Of a DNA stretch of 64,000 bases, positions 35,648 through 47,926 are shown piece after piece. The notes beneath the pieces are model-generated. The model was not told where the DNA came from, did no database searches, and saw nothing but the letters and a program-made list of their open reading frames with translations. The first letter of the stretch is position 1; each line of letters starts with the position of its first letter. The translations under genes were made by a program, and so were the position numbers. This DNA comes from Lophium mytilinum (Eukaryota): the NCBI GenBank assembly GCA_010093605.1, contig MU004185.1, positions 1,881,334 through 1,945,333 of the forward strand. Reading direction: 5' to 3'.

Positions 35648-37708
35648 ATGGCGACCACCATCAACGACACCGGACACGCGCAGCCTGCTGAGCCCATGGC
35701 TTCTGGAGGAAGTCTCCCCCAAGGGCGAGCGTCGGAGAGCCAGACAAACAGCATAGCTCCAAATCCCAAGGACAAGGAGCTCGATTCAAACCAGCGGCCG
35801 TCCACTAGCACCTCGCCTTCAGAACAAGATGTCGCCGGTATTAACGGCCAAGAGCCTTCTTTGACAAACGAAGAAGCGGAACACGCGCCAAATGGGGTCA
35901 CAGAGGAGAAGCCTGCGCGAAGCAAGCTGAAGGTTGCTCTCATCATGTTTGCGCTAGGTGTAAGGATTCGACAATCCCACGAGACGCTTCACAAAGAGAC
36001 TAACATTATATATAGTTGGCAGTTTTCCTCGCAGCGATTGACATCGTACGTGTTCATCCCACAATCTGAAAGCTCAAATGCTAATGCCTCCCAGACAATC
36101 ATTACGACCGCCCTACCCACCATCTCAGAGCACTTTCACTCCTCTGCCGGTTATACCTGGATAGGCTCCTCATACCTACTCGCCAGCGCGGCGTCGACGC
36201 CAATATGGGGCAAGATTTCCGACATCTGGGGGCGCAAGCCCATCCTCCTCATTGCAAACGTAGTCTTCTTCGTCGGATCTTTGATCGCGGGCCTCTCGAT
36301 AAACATCGGCATGTTGATCACTGCACGAGCTATCCAGGGAATAGGCGGAGGCGGTCTCATCGTTCTGGTCAACATTTGCATAAGTGATCTCTTCAGTATG
36401 CGGGAACGCGGTGCATATTTCGGAATCATAGGAGGAGTATGGGCGATTGCGTCCAGTCTGGGTCCAATCGTGGGTGGTGCTTTCACGGAGAAAGTTTCAT
36501 GGAGATGGTGTTTCTACATCAACTTACCCATCGATGGAGTTGCTCTTATCATCATTTTCCTAATTCTAGACCTCCACACCCCCAGGACACCACTATGGGA
36601 AGGTCTCAAAGCCATCGACTGGCTCGGGTCTCTCTCTATGGTCGGCGGAACACTCATGTTTCTCTTCGGGCTTGAGTTCGGCGGAGTAAGCTACCCCTGG
36701 AGCTCCGCCACAGTTATCTGCCTCCTCATCTTCGGAGTCTTCACAGTGGCCCTTTTCTTCCTCATCCAAGCGAGAATTGCACCCTACCCAATCATGCCAC
36801 TCCCCATCTTCTCCGCGCGTTCGAACATGGCCGCCCTCGGCGTCTGCTTCTTCCACGCCTTCGTCTTCATCTCAGGCTCCTACTACCTCCCCCTCTACTT
36901 CCAAGCCGTGCTCGGCGCGACGCCCCTCCTCTCCGGCGTGTATCTCCTCCCAACCGCTCTCTCCCTCTCCTTCAGCTCCATCTTCACGGGCATCTTCATC
37001 AAGAAGACTGGCAAATACCTGCCACCGATCTGGACCGGCTTCTTTTTCATGACGCTCGGCTTCGGCCTCTTCATCGACCTCGCCCCGGGCTCCTCGTGGG
37101 CCAAAATCATCATCTACCAAATCATCGCCGGCATCGGCGTTGGCCCTAATTTCCAGGCTCCCTTGATCGCGCTGCAGTCCCTCGTGGCGCCCCGCGACAT
37201 CGCCACGGCTACTGCGACTTTCGGCTTCGTGCGCTCCCTGGGCACGGCCATCTCCGTTGTCATCGGCAACGTCGTCTTCCAGAACGAAATGAAGAAGCGC
37301 TCGGGAATGCTCTCGAAGGCGTTGAATCCGGGCATCGCTAAAGCGCTCAGCGGCGGCCAGGCGGGCGCTAATGTCGCTATTATTAATGCCCTGCCCAGGC
37401 CCCAGCGCGAGGTCGCAAGGGAAGCGTTCGCGGACTCTCTCAGTATCATGTGGATCATGTACGTGGTTTTTGCGGCGGTAGGCCTGCTAGTTGCGTTCAT
37501 GATCAGCAAGAACGTACTCAGTCGGCAGCACGTAGAGACGAAGACGGGGATGGAAGGGGAGATGGAGCGCAGGAGGGAGAGAGAAAACGAGAAGGTTCGG
37601 AAGAGGGAGAAGAAGGCGGATAATGTGGAGGAGAAGGCGAGGAAGAAGGAGAGTAAGAATGAGTTGCGAAGTGCAGCTGGTACTCCTCAACAAAAAGAGG
37701 AGGTGTGA
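35648..37708 (+). CDS. MFS drug:H+ antiporter-2 (14-TMS) efflux pump; introns 35960-36015 and 36046-36094
   Basis: Spliced LAVFLAAIDI|TIITTALPTI, WGKISDIWGRK, ARAIQGIGGGG, LGPIVGGAF, SWRWCFYINLP, YLPLYFQAVLG; many TM segments. Confidence 0.93.
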   Translation: MATTINDTGHAQPAEPMASGGSLPQGRASESQTNSIAPNPKDKELDSNQRPSTSTSPSEQDVAGINGQEPSLTNEEAEHAPNGVTEEKPARSKLKVALIMFALGVRIRQSHETLHKETNIIYSWQFSSQRLTSYVFIPQSESSNANASQTIITTALPTISEHFHSSAGYTWIGSSYLLASAASTPIWGKISDIWGRKPILLIANVVFFVGSLIAGLSINIGMLITARAIQGIGGGGLIVLVNICISDLFSMRERGAYFGIIGGVWAIASSLGPIVGGAFTEKVSWRWCFYINLPIDGVALIIIFLILDLHTPRTPLWEGLKAIDWLGSLSMVGGTLMFLFGLEFGGVSYPWSSATVICLLIFGVFTVALFFLIQARIAPYPIMPLPIFSARSNMAALGVCFFHAFVFISGSYYLPLYFQAVLGATPLLSGVYLLPTALSLSFSSIFTGIFIKKTGKYLPPIWTGFFFMTLGFGLFIDLAPGSSWAKIIIYQIIAGIGVGPNFQAPLIALQSLVAPRDIATATATFGFVRSLGTAISVVIGNVVFQNEMKKRSGMLSKALNPGIAKALSGGQAGANVAIINALPRPQREVAREAFADSLSIMWIMYVVFAAVGLLVAFMISKNVLSRQHVETKTGMEGEMERRRERENEKVRKREKKADNVEEKARKKESKNELRSAAGTPQQKEEV

Positions 37709-39302
37709 GTTTCTTATCTCTTGTATATTATGCCTGTCCGTTGTATCTACGGTATTGCATTGGAGGTTTCATGGTAAGTGCATGCCTATGTATGTACCGT
37801 ACAGGCAGCAAAAAAAATTAGGAGTGGTGTTTGGTATCACATTATACTTTTTAATAGAAAATTCACCTCATACATTTCTAATGAACTTAGGGGTCCTGTG
37901 AAAGGCTGGATAAGGAATCACATGGACTAGAATTTCGCACGCGCTACCAATGAGAGGGGTGGTATAGATATCTCCTTTCATGGTCTCGCAAGGACACGGG
38001 GTAGAAATTCAATGCTGCCTCACTTCGATCCATGGAGAATGGAGTTAGTGCGCCAAATGGAGTTCAAACGCCTCTTGGAATACATGAATATGGATTCCGT
38101 AGTAGGGTTTGAGCGCCGTCTACGCTCAACTCGCCGCCGACCATCACTGATCGCGCGTGCAGTCAAAAAAGAGAAGGGCGCCCACTTGCCCAGACGTACT
38201 GGTGCGGCACCAATATAACGCTTGATTACACGGCTTAGCGCTGATGAGTCATGTAACGTCGCTGAGTCAGCGACCCCGTCTGCTACCTAGATTATACCTA
38301 CAACTTGGCGCCACCAGGCCACAACTTCTTTCTTCAAACTGCTCCCGAGCTAACTGCTAATTAGGCTCGAGGTCGGTCGACCATCTCGCGCGGACGATAC
38401 TAACTAGGGACGAGCTATTCTATCTCCATTCTTGACCATTTTACTGAATAGGCTAGGCTGGGTTATGACGATGATCATCGTCACTTTTGGGGGTGAATGG
38501 TTGTCGGTGTTGGCAGTTGTTGATCAGTATCAGGCTAGCACGTATTAGCTAGCAAACATCACCTAATCGAGAATATATAACGTCGCTCTCTAGCACTACG
38601 ATCGACCACTCTAAGTGCGGTAATGGAGCACCTCACTGCTCTATCTTCCTGTTTGCTCGCTCGATACGACTGTAAAGAGGACCCCCGCTAGCAGGTTTTA
38701 GCTATGCCAACAAGTGGTCTAAACAGGAACTACTCCTAGTTCGGCACTTTGCAGGCTATCTTGCATACTCACAACTCTTATTCGTTACTTGCGATATGTC
38801 TTACAGCATTGAGGTGGGGGTCGAAGCATGGTTGACTTGATAGGTCAAACCATGGGCCACGTGAAGGTTCATAATCCTTGGTCTCCCTACCTACATGGGC
38901 AAGTTAATAAACGAGCACTCGACGGATCCTTCCCCATAAATGACCAGGTTGAAACAAGAAAAGGCCATTTTCGCCTCTTTTTGATACGACGCCAACCAAC
39001 ATATCCTCGTTGTCCGAAGTACGTACCCGTTATCGGAGAACTGTTCTCCGAGCTGCTAAGTCCGATACTGTCTCGGCTACTGGTTCGTAGTGAGCCAATA
39101 ACATCCCTTGTGTTTCCAATGCCGACCTTCAGGCCTGTCGACGTAACCACTTAGAGTACTTGATCAGTCTCTGATCGACGACTAGCCTCCAACCAACTTG
39201 GCCTGTGTCGCGTCAGTTTACCATATCTCAACGCCCTTCGCTATATCATTAGTCCTCGACTACAACTCCCATATACCCCAGAGAGACCATTCTCAACTAG
39301 CC

Positions 39303-40124
39303 ATGTCCGAAAGCACGCTCAGCTCTAAGAGCTCTTTCGAGCTCCTCGACGACAGAGGATACACAGCCACCGTCTACCGAATACCAGGCACGAAGAAAGT
39401 ATGCAAGATCTCCCTCGAAAAGTGCCAGCACACAAACTTCCTCGCCGAGAAGATCGCCTACGAGCGCTTTGCAGCGCGGAAACCACCATCCACCATCCCG
39501 CGATACTACGGAATTGACGAAAACCACCCTGGCGGGCTGCTCCTCGAGTACGCCGAAAAGGGCAATCTACGAGACTACCTCTTCCTTTGCAACATGATCG
39601 AGCAATCACCGCCCTCTCCAGAGCTCATCTACCGCTGGGCGCGCCAGGCCGCGGAGGCATTGTCGTTTGCACACTCGTGCGGCGTGTTGCATGCGGATAT
39701 CCACTGTTCCAACTTTCTCCTGGACTCGAACTATGATCTCAAAGTTGCAGACTTCGCGGGCGCGTCAATTGATGGCTCGAAGTCGTGGTCCTGCTATCGC
39801 TACTCGCATCGGCTCTTTGAGCCTGGGGACAACGACGGTACGAAGGGCAAGGGCATGAAGATTACGGTGCGGTCGGAGATCTTTGCTATGGGCTCGGCGA
39901 TGTATGCTATGGTTCAAGGCCATGACCCTTTTGTGGAGCTAGAGTATGCGAACGATTGGGAGGGGGTGAAGAGGAGGATACTAGAGAAGGAGATGCCTGA
40001 TATAAGTTGCCTTCCGATTCTGGGGGATGTTATTAGGAGGTGTTGGGACTTGGAGTATGCGATCATGGAAGAGGTTTTGGATGCTATTGAGTTAGAGCGG
40101 TGTTCATCATGGAGCCACCTTTGA
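39303..40124 (+). CDS. Protein kinase-like protein (compact fungal PKL)
   Basis: RGYTATVY, KKVCK, LLLEYAEKGNL, VLHADIHCSNFLL, KVADFAG, SEIFAMGS, IRRCW; intronless. Confidence 0.85.
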   Translation: MSESTLSSKSSFELLDDRGYTATVYRIPGTKKVCKISLEKCQHTNFLAEKIAYERFAARKPPSTIPRYYGIDENHPGGLLLEYAEKGNLRDYLFLCNMIEQSPPSPELIYRWARQAAEALSFAHSCGVLHADIHCSNFLLDSNYDLKVADFAGASIDGSKSWSCYRYSHRLFEPGDNDGTKGKGMKITVRSEIFAMGSAMYAMVQGHDPFVELEYANDWEGVKRRILEKEMPDISCLPILGDVIRRCWDLEYAIMEEVLDAIELERCSSWSHL

Positions 40125-40826
40125 TGTGGCTAATAGCCTGCTAGCGAGCATTTCTTACAGCGGCGTTGAGCGAGCAAAGTAGAGTTGGAGTGGTGATATA
40201 TTGATATACCGATATACCCAGGCTTGCGTACTCCTTGCGACTGCTTGGAGTGCTCCCATAGATTTTCAAACGTCAATGCGATGTGAAGGCAAGGATAACA
40301 GAAGATTGACTACCTTTTGGCGTAGCTGATGCTTCCTCCTTACAGTGGTGTCGAGCGAGCAGGAGTAAAACCTAAAAAAACAGCTTTTGAAGAGACGTGG
40401 ACCACGAAATTGACTTCAAATATGGACCAAATGACTGAACTGCTAGTGAAAGCCTCCCGAGAAGCGTCTTTTGAGTTAATTTATGACAACTAGAGGTCGT
40501 TCCAAGCCTAGACATCTGGATATATCACTTCTCCGACTTCCCTCATACTCACTCAGTACCACTGTCCGTAAGAAAGACCCCAGCTAGCAGTCACAGCTCG
40601 TCAAAAGGTAGTCCACCACCGCACCATGTTGTAAAGTACTGGCCACGAAGTTGAGAATACGACTAGGCTTCGGGAGGTGGCGCAAAACCGTGGCCGTGCA
40701 ATCCCAACCCATCGTCATCCCCCAGTCGTACCTAACCTCGGCAAAGCGGATAATCCCGACCCCATCCAAGCTCCACCATATCAACATCATCCCAACATCC
40801 TCCATGGTCTCTGTTATATATCTCTC

Positions 40827-42066
40827 ATGAGTCCACCGTCAGGAGCAAATGTGCGTATCCCTCCCCAATCGCTCAATTGGCTCTTTCATCAGCTCTAATG
40901 TGTCTGTTTGCAGGACTCCAAAACGCCCCCAATAGTCTCCCTCCTCGCTGGAGGTGTGGCTGGCGGAATCGAAGCTGCGGCATCTGTTAGTTGTATGGTG
41001 CTCTGAGCGTCTGAGACTGGTTTCTAATGGGTTTGGAAGTATCCGTTCGAGTTTGCGAAGACGAGAGTCCAGCTCCGGAGTCAGAAAGGTGTCCCCACGC
41101 CTAAGAATCCGTTTCTAGTAGTCTCCCAGGTGTATCACTCAGAGGGTCTTCGCGCCTTGTATAAAGGATGTGGCGCATTAGTAGTGGTAGGTGTTCATCA
41201 TTCTCCTAGATACGGTGATCACATCGTATTCAAGCATCAATCAATCGGTTCAATTGTCCAATTCGAGTCACGTGCTTTGCCCACAATCATCTATATTCTC
41301 TGAACTTGTCTAGTACATCACTTAATCCCGTTCAATCATCTATCTCTATCTTTACACTTGCGTCGTATCTGCTAGTATCTAACATTATCTCCTCAAGGGC
41401 TCCATCGCCAAAGACGGCGTGCGCTTCCTCTTCTTTGACGCCATCAAAAACTCCTTCGCCGACCCCGTCACCGGCACCACCTCTCCCCTGCGCAACCTCC
41501 TCGGCGGTATGACCGCCGGCGTCGTCGCTTCCATCACTGCCGTCACGCCCACCGAGCGCATCAAAACCGCCCTCATCGACGACGCCCGCACCGAAAAGCG
41601 CTTCCGCGGCGGCCTGCACGCCACCAAAGTCATCTGGCAGGAAGGCGGTATCCTCGGCCTGTACCGCGGCTTCGCAGGCACAACGCTGAAACAAGCCTCC
41701 GCCACTGCCTTCCGCATGGGCACGTACAACATCCTCAAAGACTTCGAGACCGTGCGGGATATCCCGCAGACCACGGCCACGAATTTCGCGAACGGGAGTG
41801 TGGCCGGGGTGGTGACGACGCTGTGCACGCAGCCGTTTGATGTGATCAAGACGAGGAGCCAGAGCGCGCAGGGGGCGAGCACGGTGGAGGCGGTGAAGAG
41901 CGTGTGGTTGGACTATGGGGTGAAGGGGTTTTGGAGGGGTACGACGATGAGGCTGGGGCGGACGGTTTTTAGTGGCGGCATTTTGTTTACGTCGTATGAG
42001 GCTGTGGCGTCGGTTTTGAATCCGATGTTTGCGGTGGTGAAGGAGAAGTTGCCGATAGATGGGTAG
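40827..42066 (+). CDS. Mitochondrial carrier, tricarboxylate/citrate (Ctp1-like); exons 40827-40850, 40914-40985, 41040-41186, 41398-42066
   Basis: Three carrier signatures YPFEFAKTRVQ, TPTERIKTALID, QPFDVIKTRSQ; LLAGGVAGGIE, KDGVRF, GFWRGTTMRLGR; canonical introns. Confidence 0.9.
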
Positions 42067-44483
42067 ATGATAGATGGACAGACGATGGATGAATAGATAG
42101 ATAGACTCGTTTTGCAGTAGAGCATGTAGAACATGATGCAGTAGAATTAGACTACTACCTTCTGACGTAGGGGTGGCTAGGGTCTTCCTTGCTGGGGTGT
42201 AGAGCGAGCAAGAGTGGAGTCGGAGCAGTGATACCTCCGTGCATATGTTACAATGCTTGATCCTTGCGCTACCTAAGGTAAGTTTGCATGTAGACGGGCC
42301 CTGAACTGCCGGCTTCCAGACTTCCAGACTTGCAGCACGTGATACGTCTGTCAAGGCTTCTGTCTCTCGGGATGAAATGTGTGACTAAGGAGTGAGACAT
42401 CTAGACCTCGAAGGTCAGTCGTCACATGAAGTAGGTTCAGTCCAGTGATGCACTAGATCTTCCTCTTGATGAATTGAGGTTTGTTAACCGTAGACGAGCA
42501 GAGGCGACAACTAGAGACGAAAACTAAGAAACTTTGAACTCAAGAAGCCCAAACTATGTGATACTCTTTGTCACAGCTACGAGCGCTCTCAAAGACCTAG
42601 ATCCCCTAGCAGTGCTAGACAGACTATCTCTTCGTACTTGAGAGGTCAAGAGAAGGTCATGGCGTCAGGAAATTACGTGGTGTCACGTGGCAGTTTACCC
42701 CAGATCCTCAACGTTGGTCCCAAGGATCTGGACCGATCCGCAACTTGGCGGAGATGGCGGGGATCGGGCCAAGATCAAAGTGTCTCAGATATTAGAACTG
42801 GATGAAAGATAAGGTTGATGAATTTAATGAGATGACGAGAATGCGAAAGACGATGATAACACAAGCACACTAAGCACGTGGCGTCTTATCTGCAAGGTCT
42901 GACGCGCCTTTAGGCATGGGCCTAAAAGTGGAAGAAAGGGCGGTATATTGCCTCTAGAACAGCGCACTCACTATGCTTTAGCAATGGAATGAGACACGTG
43001 ACGTAACTTATCCGGACCCCAACTTTACACCAACCACGATTCAGCCATTGGCGATTACTGTTCAGGGACTACCGCATCGATTCGACGTCATGAGTCGCGT
43101 AACCGTTTCCAGTACGTACCATATACTCCAGATCCAGGGAAGGACAAGCGGAACATGGATATCTCTGTCTCTCGACGCGGCGTATCGCTGTCCGGCAGTG
43201 ACAACACAGGCCCGACTCGGAGCTCCGTCAGCCGTCACGAGAACGGGCTGCAGCTGTCGGCCAGAAGTCTCGATGGATTCAGGATGGAAGCCAGGTGTCA
43301 GACCCGCGGTGGTCGTGTGCTGCTGCAAAACTTGAGGGAAAATGCAATATATGCACGCCTGTGGCTGCATCCGGCCAATCGAGGAGAGTGGTCCGATGGG
43401 TCAGGCTGGGTCAGGATGTGCAGGATGGGGCAATCTGACGGAGCAGTCTGCACATGAGGTCCCACGGTTTCTTGCATGTGGTCTTGCATGAGGGAAATCT
43501 CTCGCCTGGCGGCAAGTGTACTCGCATGAAAGGGCACGTTTCGGGCTCGCGAGTCCAGAGGGTCCACCGTGATATGGAGACGGTATTGGGACGGCGCAGG
43601 CACTTGGGTGGGTGGTACCGGGCATTCCCGTTAGGTACTGGATACGACTTTGGCAGCGGGTGCAGAGGTCGCGGGTGAGGGCGATTTGTGAGTGGAGTCT
43701 GGATATCTGGCTGGGTCGCACAGCAGGGGTTACCTATCTGCTGCTGCGATGCCCTGACAGATATTTTTACGGCAGCAGACGGTGTCGCACACGACCTGGC
43801 CTCTCTGTGGGGGCTGCGCGTTGCCGTGATTCGCTGCGCAACATCCTTATCACAATGTCGTCCGGAACACTACACAGCTCGGGAGATCTGAGGATGCGCC
43901 TAACCCTAAACGCCTCTCACAGCTTTGCCATCACGTAAGGGCTTCCAGCGCTTGTACATCGCCATGTTCACGCTCAGCGCCCTCAAAAGACGACCGGACA
44001 CGCTGTTCGGCACATTTTGCAACACCTCCTTCAGGCCGTGTGCGACCCTCACGCCCTTTGACTGCGGCCTCATCCCAGAACCGCCCGCCTCGTCTCTCCA
44101 GCTCGGGATTCAATGACGGCCCGCAGCATTCACCACCTCATCCTCCTCCAGGCCATTACTGGCAATCTCGGTCCCTAAAAATCGCTCTGCCTCACCGTTC
44201 GCACCCCTCCATTATTACCCCATCGCGTTTTCCTTTTGCCCAACGGGACCTGAGCCTCTGCCAGCTCCCACGCGATAAGCGTTTTGGCCCACCCGATCTG
44301 GTTGCTTCACCCAGATACAGTCGTGTGACTGGTGAGTCCCGCATCGTCGTCCCTCTGTCTCGGCGGACACTAACAACGGCTTACCCGCAGACTCCAGGAC
44401 CAGGGTTGTGTGTCTAACTGCGAGGAGACGCTTCCTTATCTCGAACGAACCATATTTTCCCGGCCTGTAGTTACTCGATCGAT

Positions 44484-46883
44484 ATGACGACTGCCGTGGC
44501 TATCCAACCTGCCATGCCACGTCCCACTCCTATTCCTATCGCCGCTGCCAAACCAAAGCAAAAGCGCTCGCCGTCGGGGAAGGAGAACCTGGTGCAAGCA
44601 AAGCCCATCTCCTCTGTTGGCCCTGTTGCCAACATCCGCACGAGAAGGGAACGGCCCTGTGACGCTTGCCGAAGGAGGAAGAGTCGTTGTGTCATACACG
44701 AAGGTGCTGTCCTGTGTGTGCTGTGTGATTTCCACAAGCAGGAGTGCACCTTTGTTCAGAGCCCTCAACCGCGGAAGAGGAAGGTCACCAGCGACCTAAA
44801 GAAAGACGACAGTGGGAACACCGTCAGTCAAAAGAAGAGGTAAGCAAGATCCAATCTATCGTCATCAAACCAGGTCTGTGGGACCTATATGCCCCATATC
44901 TTCGCATAGATGCTTCGATATACATCAGGGGGGTAGATCGGTACCACTCGACATCGCGTGTCAGTCTCAAAGATCACACGGCATGTTGTCGACACGTAGC
45001 TGTTTTCTCTTGTTCTTAATGTCGTTATAGACCCTGTATGTCATAGCTGACCGAATCGGAATAGATCCGTAGACGCAGAGCCGCCTCCACTAGCGCTTCC
45101 GACGCCCACGATAACAGCCACCGCGCCAAGCCCCCTCCCTCAACGCCCTCAACAACACACTTTCAACAGCAGAGACACCACCGCCCTTGGAGAGACCCTA
45201 GGCCTGCAGCGACGACAGCATAGCAGATACATTGGTCTCACCACCCCGTTTGATTCCCTCCTTATCGGTCTCTCTCATTTTGATTCGCGTAACGAAAGCA
45301 CGTTTGACTTGGGGACGCTGCGGAGAGTAAATGATCATGAATGTTTCATCATGCTGCCTGACGAAAATACCCAAGACTATGGGGATGACACCGAGGCCTT
45401 CAACGCGATTGAGCAGATCGTGCATCCCCATGGCCCTGCCTTGATTGATATCTACTTTCGTACTGTCCATCCCAGCTTTCCGATTATCCAAAAGCACTTG
45501 TTTATCGAACGACATCGGACTGGTGATCGAACCTTCTCGCCGCCACTGATTGCTGGCATGTATATCCTGGCGCTAAATTGGTGGTCCTTTGATTCCAACC
45601 TCGCGCCTTACCCAAAACCGGATGCAAGCCGTCTGGAAGCCATCGCGTCAAAAGCGCTGTCCATAGCCATGGAGCGACCAAAACTTTCCACTATTCAAGC
45701 CGGCCTACTACTTCTGCAAAGACCAGAAGCAGATTCATGGAGTTTGACTACCCAGCTAGTCGCCATAGGCCAAGAACTTGGTCTCCATCTCGACTGCTCT
45801 ACGTGGTCAATACCGCTATGGGAGCGGGGACTCAGAAAACGAATCGCTTGGGCATTATACATGCAAGACAAGTGGAGCTCGTTGATCCACGGCCGTCCAT
45901 CTCACATCTTTAGTGCCAATTGGGCTGTCAAGCCAATCTCGGATGACGACTTCAAGGAAGAAGGCGATGGCTTCGAAACTAAACGAGAAGAGAGCGAAGA
46001 TGACATGAGCGAAAACGAAAAAGGTCTCATCCTGTTCGCTCAGATGATCGCACTAACGGCCATCATGGCCGAAGTGATGGATACCTTCTATACTCAAGTC
46101 GCCATTCAAGACTTCGCCAACGCAGGCAAGAACTCTACACGGCTGATCCTCGAGCGCGCAAAACCCGTTCAGATTAAGCTGAAAGAGTGGTTCGCCAAAC
46201 TCCCAGCTTCCACACGTATGGACAACTCTTCCTCCAATCGCCTCTCCACAACAGGCTATCTCCATCTCGCATACTTCGCCACCGAAATCACCCTACATCG
46301 CCGCATAGTGCAATCGATCGACCCAACCACCTCAGATCCGTATCTCCTTTACATCTGTCGCTCGGCAGCTAAAACCCGGCTAATCTCCGCCATGGATTTC
46401 GTCAACCGTCTCAAGCCAGAGCACCTCCAAGCCTTCTGGTATTTCGCGTCCAAGATAAACTTCACGCTCATTGGTACCTTCGGATCCCTCCTTTGGGCCA
46501 CAGCGCCCGCACATGAGGAAGCCGAGTTCTATAAAACTCGGTTACGGGAGTACCGCTGGACGTTGTCGGTTAGCGCGAAGCGGGCAGAATTCCTAGATTA
46601 TGCAGTTCAGATGCTGGACGCGTCGAGGACTATGCTGAATAACCTAGCGGAGAAACCGAGTCTTGCCCAAAGCCAGGTCAGCATGTCTGGCGTACCACCA
46701 GCGCCGCAGCGGCAGAACATGAGAGGAGGAGACGTAGACATGACCGGGGATGGACAAGGAGTTGGCAACTTGTCGAGGCTGAATTCGAGTGCGAGTCTCA
46801 GTTTCCAAGGGTTTGCGAACGAGCCGTTTGAGCAGTTCGCGAGCGAGAGCTTAGGCGGGGATACGCCGACGAGTTTGGGTTGA
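44484..46883 (+). CDS. tamA: Zn2Cys6 transcription factor, TamA/Dal81-like; intron 44840-45064
   Basis: CDACRRRKSRC...CVLCDFHKQECTF binuclear cluster; fungal TF middle region YFRTVHPSFP, ELGLHLDC, RKRIAWALYMQDKW...GRPSH, GYLHLAYFATEITLHRRIV, RLISAMDFVNRL. Orthology is from recalled similarity. Confidence 0.8.
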
Positions 46884-47926
46884 GGCTTCCGGTTTCCGGT
46901 TTAAGAATGGTGATTAGGGTTAGACTGGGGGACGTTTCGATACCCATGGTGGCTGGTTGGCGGGTTGGGTTACAACCTTGACGATATGATGAGAATCTGT
47001 ATGGTGTATATGCTATACATACTACAGCTATGAAGTGTAGAAATCAATCTGTCTGTCTTTCGTTGAGAACTTCTACAGAATGTCAGGTATTTTAACAAGT
47101 GATGTAGGCAGCTGTCTTGTGAGGAATTTAGATAAACAAGATATCTCATAAAACGACTACCATACCTACACCATCTAAAGGTCTACACAGCGTGACATCA
47201 TCCATCCCATCTCCTCATTCGTCTCTTAGCTCGAATTGTGATTGGCAGTCAGACGATCTGCGGTCTCCGTTAGATTCGATAAAGGGCGCCCAGGCTAACT
47301 AGATATCCTACGCGAACGCTGCAGCCGCGCAGGTGAGTGAACTAATTCACTCTTGTCACTTCCCGGCGGGTATCGATATCTAATGCATTCATCTTGGGTC
47401 TAGAGAGCTGTGGATCGGGCCCGCCGGCACAGTTCTCACCGTCTCGTAACACGTTTGCCGGTGGTGTCGCAGTCGATCAGGCCAGCCGCCGCAGCTCGTT
47501 CACGCAAAATGTCTGGGCGTATCGCTAGTGCCACGCTAGAGTGGATGGTGTGCAGCTTGATTCGCTTTCATTCGCTGCGTCCCCTGGCGCTGTCAGGGTG
47601 GCGCCCAATACGAAACAGCTTGGACCCTCGCTGCGTCCATCCATGTCGGTGGCACCCCTGCTTCCTGTTTGACCAGACTCACTCGGCCGTCCCCTCATGT
47701 TCCACTCTCTTCACCCTCTGTTTCGAGGCTCGTCGCTCTCTTGAACGTCCGTAGGACCTTCTCATCGCTCTTTCATCACCCACTTTGGTCAACGCGACCA
47801 CCACAGTCTTTGCAAATCTTTGATACGCGCTGGTACGCGGCATCTCCTGAACCTCACCAAGCTCGATTCGCTCGGGTTTGTCAGAAGTATACCGTTGGCT
47901 GTATACCGTTACACCTTTCTTTGAAC

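Noticed and set aside
35960..36094. Apparently uninterrupted 686-aa MFS ORF
   Set aside because: Two introns (56 + 49 = 105 nt) keep the frame open by chance; only the spliced form gives the conserved first TM helix
41332..42354. 340-aa minus-strand ORF
   Set aside because: Antisense shadow of the GC3-rich mitochondrial carrier exon
43048..44417. Many short overlapping ORFs upstream of the Zn2Cys6 gene
   Set aside because: No recognisable motifs or consistent splice pattern; probably promoter or 5' UTR
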